NCBI GenBank assembly: GCA_965205655.1
Contig: CBDBIJ010000015.1
Span: 1-64,000, forward strand
Length of the DNA stretch: 64,000 nucleotides
Origin: Candidatus Latescibacterota bacterium
Lineage (GTDB): Bacteria; Latescibacterota; UBA2968; UBA8231
Reading direction: 5' to 3'
The notes beneath the pieces were generated by a model. The model searched no databases. It worked only from the letters and a program-made list of their open reading frames with translations, and was not told the origin of the DNA. The position numbers and the translations under genes are program-made. Below are positions 18,931 to 28,503 of the stretch, one piece after another. How positions within the stretch are numbered: the first letter of the stretch is position 1; each line of letters starts with the position of its first letter.

Positions 18931-20571
18931 GTAACCGTTCACGTCCCTGCGTGACGGGTGTGTTGTGGCGGGATCTGGTGGTGTTGTGGATCTATGCGCG
19001 CGTGGACGCGGACTGCGGCAAGAGCGAAGGAGCGTGCCGGTGGTGCAGAGTAGCCTGACAGACCTCCGTGAGGTAGTCGAGTACGTTGCGTTGCTGTTGG
19101 CGCAGCGTGTCGCGCACGGTGAGTATGCGCTCGACGAAGCGGCTGCCCGCAGGACTGTGGGTGCCGAAGCTGCCCTTGCGCCACAACACCCCGTGGCGCA
19201 GCGCTCGCTCGGCGGCGTTGTTCGTGGGCTCAACACCTTCCTTACGGACGAAGGTCCACAAGGCCGGTTCGATGGCGGCCAGGTTGGCGCAGGTCCTGGC
19301 GGTCTTCTCGTCGGCCAACAGCTCGCCTTGCCACAGCCTAAGACGGAACCGCAGTCGCAGGTCGCTGATGTAGGTCTGCAAGCTGGATCGCTCCAGCGTG
19401 CCGTCGCGAACGCGATGCCACCAGGAGAACATCTGGTGCGTGAACTCCAGCAGCTGCTGGCCGACCCAGGCCGCGTCGCCCCCTCGGTCGACGAACTTCT
19501 CGAAAGTGCGCTCCAGGTGCGACCAGCAGGCCTGGCGCTGCAACACGGGCAAGTAGCCGTAGGCCTTGTGGCGATCGGAGCCCACGATGGCGGTGGTGTC
19601 GTCTCCCAAGAGCTCACGGGCCACCTCGCTGTCGCGGCGCGAACGGATGGCAAATACGGTGACCAGATCGGTGGCCACGGTCCACAGCCAGGCGTTTTCG
19701 CGCGCTTCGCGCCAGCCGGTCTCATCGATATGCACCGCCGCTTGTTGCCGCACGTAGTCGCGTGCGTCTTCGACCGGAGCCGCCAGCGCCTCGGACACAT
19801 GCTGTTCCAACTGGCTGACCGAGCCGACGGCCAGATCGAGGCTGAACGCGTCGGCGAGCAGGGCGACGATGTTGCGCTTGCTCATCCGGTAGGCGCCCGA
19901 CAACAGACCGATCCAGGCCTGCACACTCGGACCAAAGCGGCTGCGTGGCACCGACTCGGGCCAGTCGGCTTCGGTGAGCACGTCGCAGCCCGGACAGCGC
20001 AGGGTGTGCACCTGGTACTCGGTGACCTGAGGTCGTACCGGCGGGATCTCGAACACCTGGCGGCGCTGCGGATGGGGATCGTCGCCGCTCAAGGCGTGGC
20101 CGCACTGTCGGCACGCGGTGGGCTTGACCGGCACCAACGTGTCCACCTGCTCCACCGACAGCAGCGTTCGCCCATGCCCTTGGTGCCCGGGTTGTGCCCC
20201 TGGCGAGCGGCCCGACGGGCGCTTGCGGCGACTCGACGTCGAGGCGCCCGCCTCTTCGCTCTGGCCGGATGGCGGCGGCTTGTCGGACGGCGGCGATCCA
20301 TGACGACGGCGCCCGCCGCGCTGCAGCTCGGCCACTTGGCGTTCCAGCTGCTTCACTCGCTGCTGAACCTCCAACAGCGACATGACGAGGAGCTGCACCG
20401 CCTTCGGCGTCTGCTGCCAATCGGCGTCGGAAACCGGAATGCCAGGAAGTTTCTCCACTGGGCTCCTCGGGTAGGTCAGCGTACAACCACTGTCCGAAGA
20501 TACCAGCAATCGCTGAATGAGAACAGCTTTTTCTCACGTTACGGAGCACTCCTACGGGACTGAACGGTTAC
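18931..20571 (-). mobile_element. IS66 family insertion sequence (single-ORF, ISBst12-like group), 1641 bp
   Basis: Ends GTAACCGTTCACGTCCC and GGGACTGAACGGTTAC. 8-bp target duplication GATTCGAA at 18923-18930 and 20572-20579. Confidence 0.95.
18992..20458 (-). CDS. IS66 family transposase
   Basis: SPPSD, GAQPGHQG, two CxxC pairs, HIDETGW, SDR, QACWSHLER, TNNAAERALR. GTG start with GAGGAG RBS. Confidence 0.95.
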   Translation of the reverse strand: MEKLPGIPVSDADWQQTPKAVQLLVMSLLEVQQRVKQLERQVAELQRGGRRRHGSPPSDKPPPSGQSEEAGASTSSRRKRPSGRSPGAQPGHQGHGRTLLSVEQVDTLVPVKPTACRQCGHALSGDDPHPQRRQVFEIPPVRPQVTEYQVHTLRCPGCDVLTEADWPESVPRSRFGPSVQAWIGLLSGAYRMSKRNIVALLADAFSLDLAVGSVSQLEQHVSEALAAPVEDARDYVRQQAAVHIDETGWREARENAWLWTVATDLVTVFAIRSRRDSEVARELLGDDTTAIVGSDRHKAYGYLPVLQRQACWSHLERTFEKFVDRGGDAAWVGQQLLEFTHQMFSWWHRVRDGTLERSSLQTYISDLRLRFRLRLWQGELLADEKTARTCANLAAIEPALWTFVRKEGVEPTNNAAERALRHGVLWRKGSFGTHSPAGSRFVERILTVRDTLRQQQRNVLDYLTEVCQATLHHRHAPSLLPQSASTRA

Positions 20572-21634
20572 GATTCGAATCTCCACCGAGCCTGCGGGTG
20601 GAGATCGAGCTGCCGAATGCAGGCGTCGTTTCAGGGATGGGCATTCCCGCCGGTGTCACCCTCGTCGTCGGCGGCGGTTTTCACGGCAAGTCCACGCTCC
20701 TCAAAGCACTGGAGCTCGGTGTTTACGACCACATTCCCGACGACGGCCGCGAGTTCGTCGTCACCGATCCCACAGCAGTCGCCATACGCGCCGAAGACGG
20801 GCGTCACGTCGCCGGCGTCGATCTGACTCCGTTCATCCGGCATCTCCCCTTCCGGCGCGACACGAGATTCTTCTCCACGGACAACGCCTCCGGGTCGACG
20901 TCGCAGGCGGCCAACATTGTAGAGGCCCTCGAATCCGGCGCCCACCTCCTCCTCATCGACGAAGACACGGCGGCGACTAACTTCATGATCCGCGACGGCC
21001 GTATGCAGCAGCTCATCTCCAGCGATCGGGAACCGATCACACCGTTTGTCGATCGCGTGCGCCAACTGCACGAGGAGCACGGCGTCTCAACGATTCTGGT
21101 CATGGGAGGCAGCGGCGACTATTTTGCCGTAGCCGACACCGTTATCGCGATGGAGAATTACGCACCGAGAGATGTCAGCGTCGAAGCCGCTGCCATCGCC
21201 GCCGGCTGCGGAAACGACCGCCGCCGCGAATCCCGGGGACCTTTTGGCCGGCTGACGGGCAGGATTCCCGATCGCGCCAGCATCGATCCTCGAAGAGGGC
21301 GTCGCGCCAGGAGTGTGCAAATCCGCGGTGCGTCTATCGGTCTGGGCGCGGAGACAATCGATCTATCTGCTGTCGAGCAGCTCGTCCATTCAAGCCAGAC
21401 CCGAGCGCTGGCCGCCGCTATCCTCTACGCTGTCGACCACTATATGAATGACCGACGACCGCTGAGCGAACTGCTCGATTGCGTCATGGCGGACCTCCAG
21501 GCTGGCGGATTGGACATCCTCAGCGAGCACCCTCCCTGCGATTACGCTCTTTTCCGACGATTCGAGCTCGCTGCCGCGCTCAACCGGCTTCGCACCTTCC
21601 GGGTCGAGCAGGTCCCTGGTAGTCAGACTGCGCC

Positions 21635-22375
21635 ATGATCAGCCTGGAGAACGTCACAAAGCGCTACGGTCAGCTCACCGCCGTTGACGACGTGAGTTTT
21701 CGCGTCAACGAGGGCGAGATCGTCGGCTTCGTCGGCCCGAACGGCGCCGGCAAAAGCACGGCTCTCAAGATGCTGGCGACCTACATCTACCCGACAGCCG
21801 GCACCATCACCGTCGATGGTCTCGATGTCGTCGCAGACGCAGTTGAAGTGCGCAGACGGATCGGCTACCTGGCGGGCGACACGCCGCTCTACAAGGATAT
21901 GCGGGCGGAGGATTTCCTTCGCTTTATCGGTAAAGCCCGAGGATTGACCGGCGACGAGCTGTCCACCCAGCTCGATCGAATCGTCGATATCTGCGATATC
22001 GAGTCCATCCGGAATCAGCGCATCGATCAATGCTCCACCGGGTTTCGCCAACGGCTCGGACTCGCCAGCGCCATGATCCACGACCCACCTATCCTCCTGC
22101 TCGACGAACCGACTCATGGTTTCGACCCGCTTCAGGTTCTCGCCTTCCGCGAGATGCTGAACGCGCTCAAGCCGGGCCGCGCCATCCTCTTCAGTACACA
22201 TATCGTCGCTGATGTGGAGGCCATCTCCGACCGCGTCGTCGCCATTCACCTCGGCCGCCTGCTGGCCGACGGCTCGGTGTCCGAACTCGCCGCTGGTGTT
22301 GGCAGGCCGGATGCCTCTCTCGAGGATGTGTTCGCCCAGCTCGTTCGCTCCACCTCTTCGACACCGGCGAAATGA
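21635..22375 (+). CDS. ABC transporter ATP-binding protein (GldA-like)
   Basis: GPNGAGKST, signature CSTGFRQR, LLLDEPT, FSTH. Confidence 0.93.
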   Translation: MISLENVTKRYGQLTAVDDVSFRVNEGEIVGFVGPNGAGKSTALKMLATYIYPTAGTITVDGLDVVADAVEVRRRIGYLAGDTPLYKDMRAEDFLRFIGKARGLTGDELSTQLDRIVDICDIESIRNQRIDQCSTGFRQRLGLASAMIHDPPILLLDEPTHGFDPLQVLAFREMLNALKPGRAILFSTHIVADVEAISDRVVAIHLGRLLADGSVSELAAGVGRPDASLEDVFAQLVRSTSSTPAK

Positions 22376-23163
22376 CCCTCACGCCCTCGATATCACAGCC
22401 TCCTCGTGCCGCCGTCGAGCGCGCCGGTCTCCTGTCTGGTGTGAGAACCGTCGCCGCACGGGAGTTTGGCGCCTACTTCGACTCCCCCATCGCCTACATC
22501 TACGTCACCGTTTTTCTCCTCCTGTCGTGCGCCATCTTCATGAACTCTTTCTTTCTCGAGTCGGTCGTGGATATGACCCCCTACTTCGAGGTCCTGCCCT
22601 ACCTGCTCATCCCATTCATCCCGGCTATCACCATGCGCAGCTGGTCCGAGGAGCACGCCCAGGGGACCTTCGAACTCATCATGACGCTGCCACTTCTCTC
22701 GATCCAGATCGTCATGGGGAAGTACGTCGCCGCTGTCCTGTTCTACTCGCTCACTCTGCTCGGCAGCGCCCCCATCGTCGTTATGCTGGTTTGGCTCGGC
22801 GAGCCGGACCTGGGGCTCATCACCTCGAGCTACCTCGGCTCTATCTGCCTGGGGGCTCTCTTCCTCGCCTTCGGGCTGTTCGTTTCGGGCCTGACGCGAA
22901 ACCAGATCGTCGCCTTCGTGCTGGCTACTTCACTGGGGTCCGTCTTCGTCATGAGCGGACATCCGGCGGTCGTGGAGATCGTCGACGGTCTGTCGCCGTC
23001 GTGGCAGCTGGGGACATGGATATCGGAATCCCTTTCGGCGCTACCCCACTACGAGGCCTTCACCCGAGGCGTTATCGGGTTTCAGCACCTGCTCTATTTT
23101 GTCATGATGAGCGGATTCTTCCTCTGGATGAATGAGATCACGCTGCGCCGGAGCAAGTTTTGA
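22372..23163 (+). CDS. ABC-2 type permease (GldF-like)
   Basis: REFGAYFDSPIAY, PAITMRSWSEE..GTFELIMTLP, TRNQIVAF. Confidence 0.9.
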   Translation: MTLTPSISQPPRAAVERAGLLSGVRTVAAREFGAYFDSPIAYIYVTVFLLLSCAIFMNSFFLESVVDMTPYFEVLPYLLIPFIPAITMRSWSEEHAQGTFELIMTLPLLSIQIVMGKYVAAVLFYSLTLLGSAPIVVMLVWLGEPDLGLITSSYLGSICLGALFLAFGLFVSGLTRNQIVAFVLATSLGSVFVMSGHPAVVEIVDGLSPSWQLGTWISESLSALPHYEAFTRGVIGFQHLLYFVMMSGFFLWMNEITLRRSKF

Positions 23164-26100
23164 CGAACGGCGCCACGGACACGGCGCGGTGGCGCAGGTC
23201 TGGCTTTCTCGTTCAATCCCTCGTCGCCTTCTTCCTCCTCCTCGCCGTCGTCGTCTACACGAGCCGAGTGCTCGGTAGCGTCGGCCCGTTCAACATCGAT
23301 ATCGCCGGCCGTTCACCTGACACACTCTCGGCTGAGTTTCGCAATTTCCTCCAGCAATCGGACAGGCGTCTGTCGCTCACCTATTTTGTTTCTCATCGGC
23401 GCGAAATGCCGTCCCACTTTGTCGCTGTGGAGGCAAGCGTCCGCCAGACGCTGGAGGCCATTCGCCGAGCCGCCCCGAGCCGAGTGGCCTACCGCGTCAT
23501 CGATCCGCATGTCAGCGGGCCCGCGGCCATCGCCTACGCCGCCCGCAAGAAGGTTTCACCGATCAGCGTCCGCCGCGTCGATCGGGACGAGCACGCCGAG
23601 AAAAGTATCTGGTCCTCTCTCGTCGTCGCCTACGAGGGGTACCCTGAATTCCTGCTGAAAGACATCGAGGCCCTCCACCTCCCCTTTCTCGCTCGAATGC
23701 TGTTGCAGCACCTCGTGGCGCTCGAGCAACCGCCTCACCCGGTGTTTGCCGTCTCGGCCCCGGCTGGCTTCGAGCAGTTTCCGCGACACCTGAGCCAGCA
23801 CGGACCGGTGGTGGAGATCGATCTCGACCACTCTGCCGGGATACCGGGCGATGTCGACATCCTGTTCTGGTTCCAGCCCTCGGAGATGAGTCTCGGTCAC
23901 ATTCGGTCTCTGCGGCGATTCGTCGCCTCGGGACGGTCTGTCGTCCTCGCGGGCAGCGCCTACGGCGTGGACTATCTGGCCGGACCTTCGGCCGCGACAA
24001 ACTCCGCGTCGGCCGACACGGGTTTACACTACCGGATCCGACACCATTCCGATGCCTGGACTGAGCTGCTCCAACCGTTCGGGCTGCGACCGCTACCGGA
24101 CCTGCTGATGGACCGCAATACCGGCCCGGTGATGGCCGTCCTCGACGATGGCTCGCCAAGACAGGTGGAGGCTCCCTTTCACCTGCGCAATCTGCCGGCT
24201 TTCCGGGATTTCAGAAAATTCCGCACTCCTGCGAGGGGAGGACTGAGCTTCGTCGCGACCAGCGCGCTTCAGATCGATCCCCCACGGGTCGCCGCATCGG
24301 GCTTCTCGGCGCACATCGTCGGCACGACGACGGAGCGGGCCTGGGTCGAAACGCTACCTTCGACGCCGTTTGCGGATGCCGACCTCGACGTCGCGCTCAC
24401 CGTGCCCAAGCAGAACCTGATGGTCCTGCTGACCCCGAACGATCCATGGGCCGGCGAGATTCTCGTGCTCGCCTCGGCCAGCCCCTTTGGGGACGGCGCC
24501 ATGTCCCAGCCCGGTTACGGACACGCCCTTTTCGTCACCGACATCGTTCGCAGCTTCGCCGACTCCGATCGCCTCATTCGCACGAGAGTCGATCGCGGCG
24601 AGCCTCGTACGCTGCCGCCGGTCTCGCCTTTGAGTCGGATCCTCTGGCGTGTCTTCGTCGTCTGCCTCGTTCCAACGCTCGCGCTGGCAGCCGGAGCGTG
24701 GCGACTCTACGGCCACCTGCACGACCGCCGGATGAAGGTGGGCAGACGCGGATGGGGCATGGGCAGAATCTCGCTCGGCTCAGTTGCTCTCGTCTTCATC
24801 CTCGGCACCGGTCTGCTGGGCTTCACCTCCACCGTCGAGCTCGACCTGACCCGTGGACGCAACAACAGTCTGGCGGACGTCACCGCCCGGCTCCTGCAGC
24901 ATCACCGGGATGGGCTGCGGGTCGATCTCGTCATGTCGGCGCGAGCGGCGATGCCATCGCGTCTCAAGAACGTCGAGAAGCGACTGCGATCAGCTCTGAG
25001 ACGGGCGGAGATTCCAGTGGAGATGGTCCGCCCGGAGCTGCTGTCACCGGATCAGCTCCGGCAGTTGCGCCTTCAGGGGATCGCCCCCTTCGAAGTAGAG
25101 GGTGTGCGCCGGGACACACTTACCACGTTTGAAGTCTGGAGCGGCCTCACCCTGACAAAGGCGGGAGCCGCGACCGCCATCCCCAGACTCGACGAGAACA
25201 CGATGTCGCATCTCGACTTTCTGCTCGCCGCCGCGCTCAGGCGGCTGGATGAAGGTCGAGCTCCACACCTGTCTGTTGTGTCCGACCTGCCGCGGCTCTC
25301 GCCAGCCGAAGCCCTGGAGGATTATCAGAAGAAGAGCCTCAGCGCACCGCAGGGTGTGGATGTGTACAGCAGCGTAAAGCTCTTGCTGAGCCACTACGGC
25401 TACCGGATCCATCACGTCGATCCGCGCACCCCTGCTCTCAGCCCCAACTCCGACGCCGTGCTGTGGCTGCAACCGCGGCGGGATTCCAGCGACATCACCG
25501 TCATGCTCTCCGACTACCTTGCCGGGGGCGGCCACGCTGTGGTGGCGCTGCAGCATTTCAATATCCAGCAGCGCCAGTACCGAGGTGTGGGCTTTCAGAC
25601 GGTGTACTGGCCCCAGCCCCAGTTCCAGGACTTCGATCCCTACCTGCGCCTCATCGGCCTCGAACAGGTGCGCGAAGTGCTCCTTGACCGCACCCGCCAT
25701 CACCTGCAGATCGATACCCAGGTGAACCGCACAGCCGTGCGCGAGTACGATCCGCAGGAGGTGGCCCTGCCGTTTCTGATTCGAGCCGTGGGGGCCCACT
25801 ACTCGTCCGACTCACCCATCACCAACCATCTGGGTAACCTGCTGTTTGTCTGGGGAAATCGATTTGCCCTCGACGCCCCCGCGCTAATTGAGGGCGGGTT
25901 CTCCAGCGAGGTACTCGTGAGCACGTCCGATCGGTCCTGGTCGTTTCCCTGGAAGGGCGGCTGGTTGCCTGACGACGTCTTCGTCTCCACCGGCTACCTG
26001 CCGGGCCGTCAGCCCCTCGCCCTCAAGCTCACCGGTCCCTTTCCTGCCGTCGAGTTTGTCGAGGACGAGGAGGGTCGCTCTCGACTGAAGGTCCGCAAGG

Positions 26101-26420
26101 GCCTTTCGAGTGAACGCGGTTCACTGACCCTCATCGGCTGCTCCGAGATGTTCAAGAACCACCACCTGCACACGTCCGAATTTCAGCACGACCAGTTTCT
26201 GCTCAACGCCGTCGCCGACGCCGCCCTCGGCGCGGACATGGCCGCGCTTCAGGCCCGCAACCGCCAACCCCGCGGCTTCGCCTTTCTCGAGCCATCGAGC
26301 AAGCTGTGGTGGCGACTCTTCGTCCTCGGAACCGCACCCTTCGTCGTCTTGCTCTTCGGGATGCTTCGGTACCGTCGATTCGGGATGCGGTGTCGCGCGC
26401 GCGCGACACCTTCGCAATGA
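23160..26420 (+). CDS. GldG-like ABC auxiliary protein with two tandem repeats
   Basis: Two homologous halves, each a TM segment followed by a periplasmic domain and another TM segment (VSHRREMPSHF..SIWSSL versus MSARAAMPSRL..EVWSGL). Downstream of GldA/F-like genes. Confidence 0.75.
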   Translation: MTNGATDTARWRRSGFLVQSLVAFFLLLAVVVYTSRVLGSVGPFNIDIAGRSPDTLSAEFRNFLQQSDRRLSLTYFVSHRREMPSHFVAVEASVRQTLEAIRRAAPSRVAYRVIDPHVSGPAAIAYAARKKVSPISVRRVDRDEHAEKSIWSSLVVAYEGYPEFLLKDIEALHLPFLARMLLQHLVALEQPPHPVFAVSAPAGFEQFPRHLSQHGPVVEIDLDHSAGIPGDVDILFWFQPSEMSLGHIRSLRRFVASGRSVVLAGSAYGVDYLAGPSAATNSASADTGLHYRIRHHSDAWTELLQPFGLRPLPDLLMDRNTGPVMAVLDDGSPRQVEAPFHLRNLPAFRDFRKFRTPARGGLSFVATSALQIDPPRVAASGFSAHIVGTTTERAWVETLPSTPFADADLDVALTVPKQNLMVLLTPNDPWAGEILVLASASPFGDGAMSQPGYGHALFVTDIVRSFADSDRLIRTRVDRGEPRTLPPVSPLSRILWRVFVVCLVPTLALAAGAWRLYGHLHDRRMKVGRRGWGMGRISLGSVALVFILGTGLLGFTSTVELDLTRGRNNSLADVTARLLQHHRDGLRVDLVMSARAAMPSRLKNVEKRLRSALRRAEIPVEMVRPELLSPDQLRQLRLQGIAPFEVEGVRRDTLTTFEVWSGLTLTKAGAATAIPRLDENTMSHLDFLLAAALRRLDEGRAPHLSVVSDLPRLSPAEALEDYQKKSLSAPQGVDVYSSVKLLLSHYGYRIHHVDPRTPALSPNSDAVLWLQPRRDSSDITVMLSDYLAGGGHAVVALQHFNIQQRQYRGVGFQTVYWPQPQFQDFDPYLRLIGLEQVREVLLDRTRHHLQIDTQVNRTAVREYDPQEVALPFLIRAVGAHYSSDSPITNHLGNLLFVWGNRFALDAPALIEGGFSSEVLVSTSDRSWSFPWKGGWLPDDVFVSTGYLPGRQPLALKLTGPFPAVEFVEDEEGRSRLKVRKGLSSERGSLTLIGCSEMFKNHHLHTSEFQHDQFLLNAVADAALGADMAALQARNRQPRGFAFLEPSSKLWWRLFVLGTAPFVVLLFGMLRYRRFGMRCRARATPSQ

Positions 26421-27478
26421 ATCGTCTCATCCTCGGCCTCGCCGCGGCGCTCGTCGCCCTGCTCCTTGCCGATCGCCTCGCCATTCGCCACCGGGACGCA
26501 CGGCGCATCGAGACGAGCGAACTCCGGCCCCTCCTCAATTCTCGCCTCGAGATCGTCCCCGAGCGGGTGCGCCAGATCCGACTCCAGCTGGGGGACCGAC
26601 CGCAGGCGTGGTCGTATGTAAAGCGGGGTCGCACCTGGCGCTACCCCGAATACTTCGATGCCTTCGTGCGCGAGGATCGCATCGATTTTCTCCTCCGCAG
26701 CCTGCTCGAAGGCGTCGGCACGTTCGTCAGCGCCGACGCCGATCGGGATCAATACGACTACGGGCTGGAGCCGCACCGCGCCCTGAGGGTCGGCCTCGAT
26801 GACCGTTCGGGGGACGAATTGCTCGAGGTGTGGATTGGCCGCGGCGTCCCGGACGCGCGGGCGGGAGAGGTGTTCGTAAAGCGGGCTGTCGACGATTCTG
26901 TCTTTCACTGGCACGCCAATCCTCGCCAAGTCGTCGACGTCGGCAACCCACCGCTGCTCGACCGGCTCGTTCTGCCCCGCGCCCTGGGCCGGAAGCCCTT
27001 CGTGAAGCTGCTTTTCAGGAACGTCGAGAGCGGCTCTTTGTCCTCCCTTCGACGGGAGGAGTTGCCATTCGAGGTAACGGGCGGGTTACCCGTTCCCCGA
27101 GCGCCCGGCTCATCCTATGCGTGGCTGGCTACCATCGATGGCAGCGAAGACACCTGCATTGCGGAAAACGTCTACGCCTACATGAGTTTTCTGAAACGCC
27201 TGAAATACAAACGGCTGAATGATCCCGCGACGGGCAGCCGACGACTGCGAGGCGAAGGAGTCGATACTCGCACACTGGAGTTGACCGATGAGGATGGCGT
27301 TGTAGATATCCTCGAGGTTGGGGCCGGTGATGCCGATGGAGATGTCTTGCTCCTACACCACACCACCGGTCTGGTCTATACCGTTGCGAAAGAAAAGGCC
27401 TCCCTGCTCTTTCCGAACAGGGAGGCCCTGGTAGACAGTCTGGCCGATGCGTCACGCTATCGGGAGACGGAGCCGTAG
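26417..27478 (+). CDS. DUF4340 domain protein
   Basis: N-terminal anchor and YGLE..LRVGL..LLEVWIG motif. Typical fourth gene of GldAFG-like operons. Confidence 0.7.
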   Translation: MNRLILGLAAALVALLLADRLAIRHRDARRIETSELRPLLNSRLEIVPERVRQIRLQLGDRPQAWSYVKRGRTWRYPEYFDAFVREDRIDFLLRSLLEGVGTFVSADADRDQYDYGLEPHRALRVGLDDRSGDELLEVWIGRGVPDARAGEVFVKRAVDDSVFHWHANPRQVVDVGNPPLLDRLVLPRALGRKPFVKLLFRNVESGSLSSLRREELPFEVTGGLPVPRAPGSSYAWLATIDGSEDTCIAENVYAYMSFLKRLKYKRLNDPATGSRRLRGEGVDTRTLELTDEDGVVDILEVGAGDADGDVLLLHHTTGLVYTVAKEKASLLFPNREALVDSLADASRYRETEP

Positions 27479-28489
27479 CTAGTCTTCATCGTCACCTACC
27501 TCGGACTCCCGGTTGCCCAGCCAGAAATTGGCCGACCGACGGAAACCGCGGCCTGCCTCCTCGTCGGGGACCGCCAGGTCCAGATCATCTTCGTCATCGT
27601 GATCGTGGGAAGACTTGCTGACAATGTTCCCTTCGATGAAGTCCCTCCAGCGGTACTCGTCCAACTCGCGGCGCCCGAGGACGAGGGCGCCATAGTCGCC
27701 GAGCTCCTTTCTGTCGCGCCACCCGAGATCCGTGTCGTGGTCGCAGACGATGCACAGCGTGCACCTGCCCGGGCTTCGCATCTGGATGAGTCTCGCCATC
27801 AGTACGCAGCTGCCGGTACACTCGGTGGAGACGAATGCCATCTGCGCGCGGTCGCGTGTCCGGCGTTCGTTCGTCACCTGAGTCACTTCGCCCGTCGTCG
27901 CGGCGAGGTAGTATTTTAGTTCGAGTCTGGGGAGGAAGGCATTCGCCGCATCGATCGCCGTCGTCGCCGTCACCAGGTAGTCCAGGATGTGGGCGTTGTC
28001 GATCTGGCCCAGCTCGGCGGTGTGCGTCGCCTTCTCGCCGAAGATGATGAGCGGGCTCGAGCTTCGGTAGTGCAGCTCGTCCTGGCCCTCTAGGATCATG
28101 CTGATTTTCTGCGTCTTGACCCGGCTTCTCGAGCGTCGCTGCCAGACCTCGTCGATCTTGGTGCGCAACTGCGAGGCCTTGAACGGCTTCGCCACATAAC
28201 CGTCAATCCCCGATCCGATGGCGGTGACGATGTCGGCGCGCTCCGATCGGGAAGAGATCATGATGATCCCGGCATCGTGGTGTCTTTCGTCCCGGCGGAT
28301 TTCATTCACGAGATCGACGCCCGACGCGTCGGGCAGCATCCAGTCGATAAGGCAGAACTCGAAGCTCATCTCGCGCAGGACCGCTCGGGCCTCACCCCCC
28401 GACTGGACGAGAGTGACGATGTGCCCCGACCTCTCCAAGGCTCGCTGAATCGGATCTCCGACGGTATCCTCGACGAGCAGTATTTTCAT
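27479..28489 (-). CDS. response regulator (REC plus unrecognised C-terminal domain)
   Basis: MKILLVED, LIDWMLPDASG, MISS, YVAKPF. Confidence 0.88.
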   Translation of the reverse strand: MKILLVEDTVGDPIQRALERSGHIVTLVQSGGEARAVLREMSFEFCLIDWMLPDASGVDLVNEIRRDERHHDAGIIMISSRSERADIVTAIGSGIDGYVAKPFKASQLRTKIDEVWQRRSRSRVKTQKISMILEGQDELHYRSSSPLIIFGEKATHTAELGQIDNAHILDYLVTATTAIDAANAFLPRLELKYYLAATTGEVTQVTNERRTRDRAQMAFVSTECTGSCVLMARLIQMRSPGRCTLCIVCDHDTDLGWRDRKELGDYGALVLGRRELDEYRWRDFIEGNIVSKSSHDHDDEDDLDLAVPDEEAGRGFRRSANFWLGNRESEVGDDED

Positions 28490-28503
28490 TGATGGGCAAC
28501 GAC

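Larger units (their letters stand above)
18259..21638 (+). pseudogene. ABC-ATPase domain protein (PF09818/MRB1590-like) interrupted by IS66
   Basis: 5' part has YKAYKDLRG, DHVQGDPFAAPS, FVADGALLPR. 3' part has GGGFHGKSTLL, ASGSTSQAA, DEDTAATNFMIRD. Removing the IS and one target copy restores DGVVRFE-SPPSLRVE. Confidence 0.92.

Noticed and set aside
18965..20563. 532-aa plus-strand ORF, and similar long antisense ORFs at 8966-9895, 28670-30319, 43440-44921, 48560-49843 and 62734-63729
   Set aside because: These are shadow ORFs opposite well-supported genes in GC-rich DNA, with no recognisable motifs
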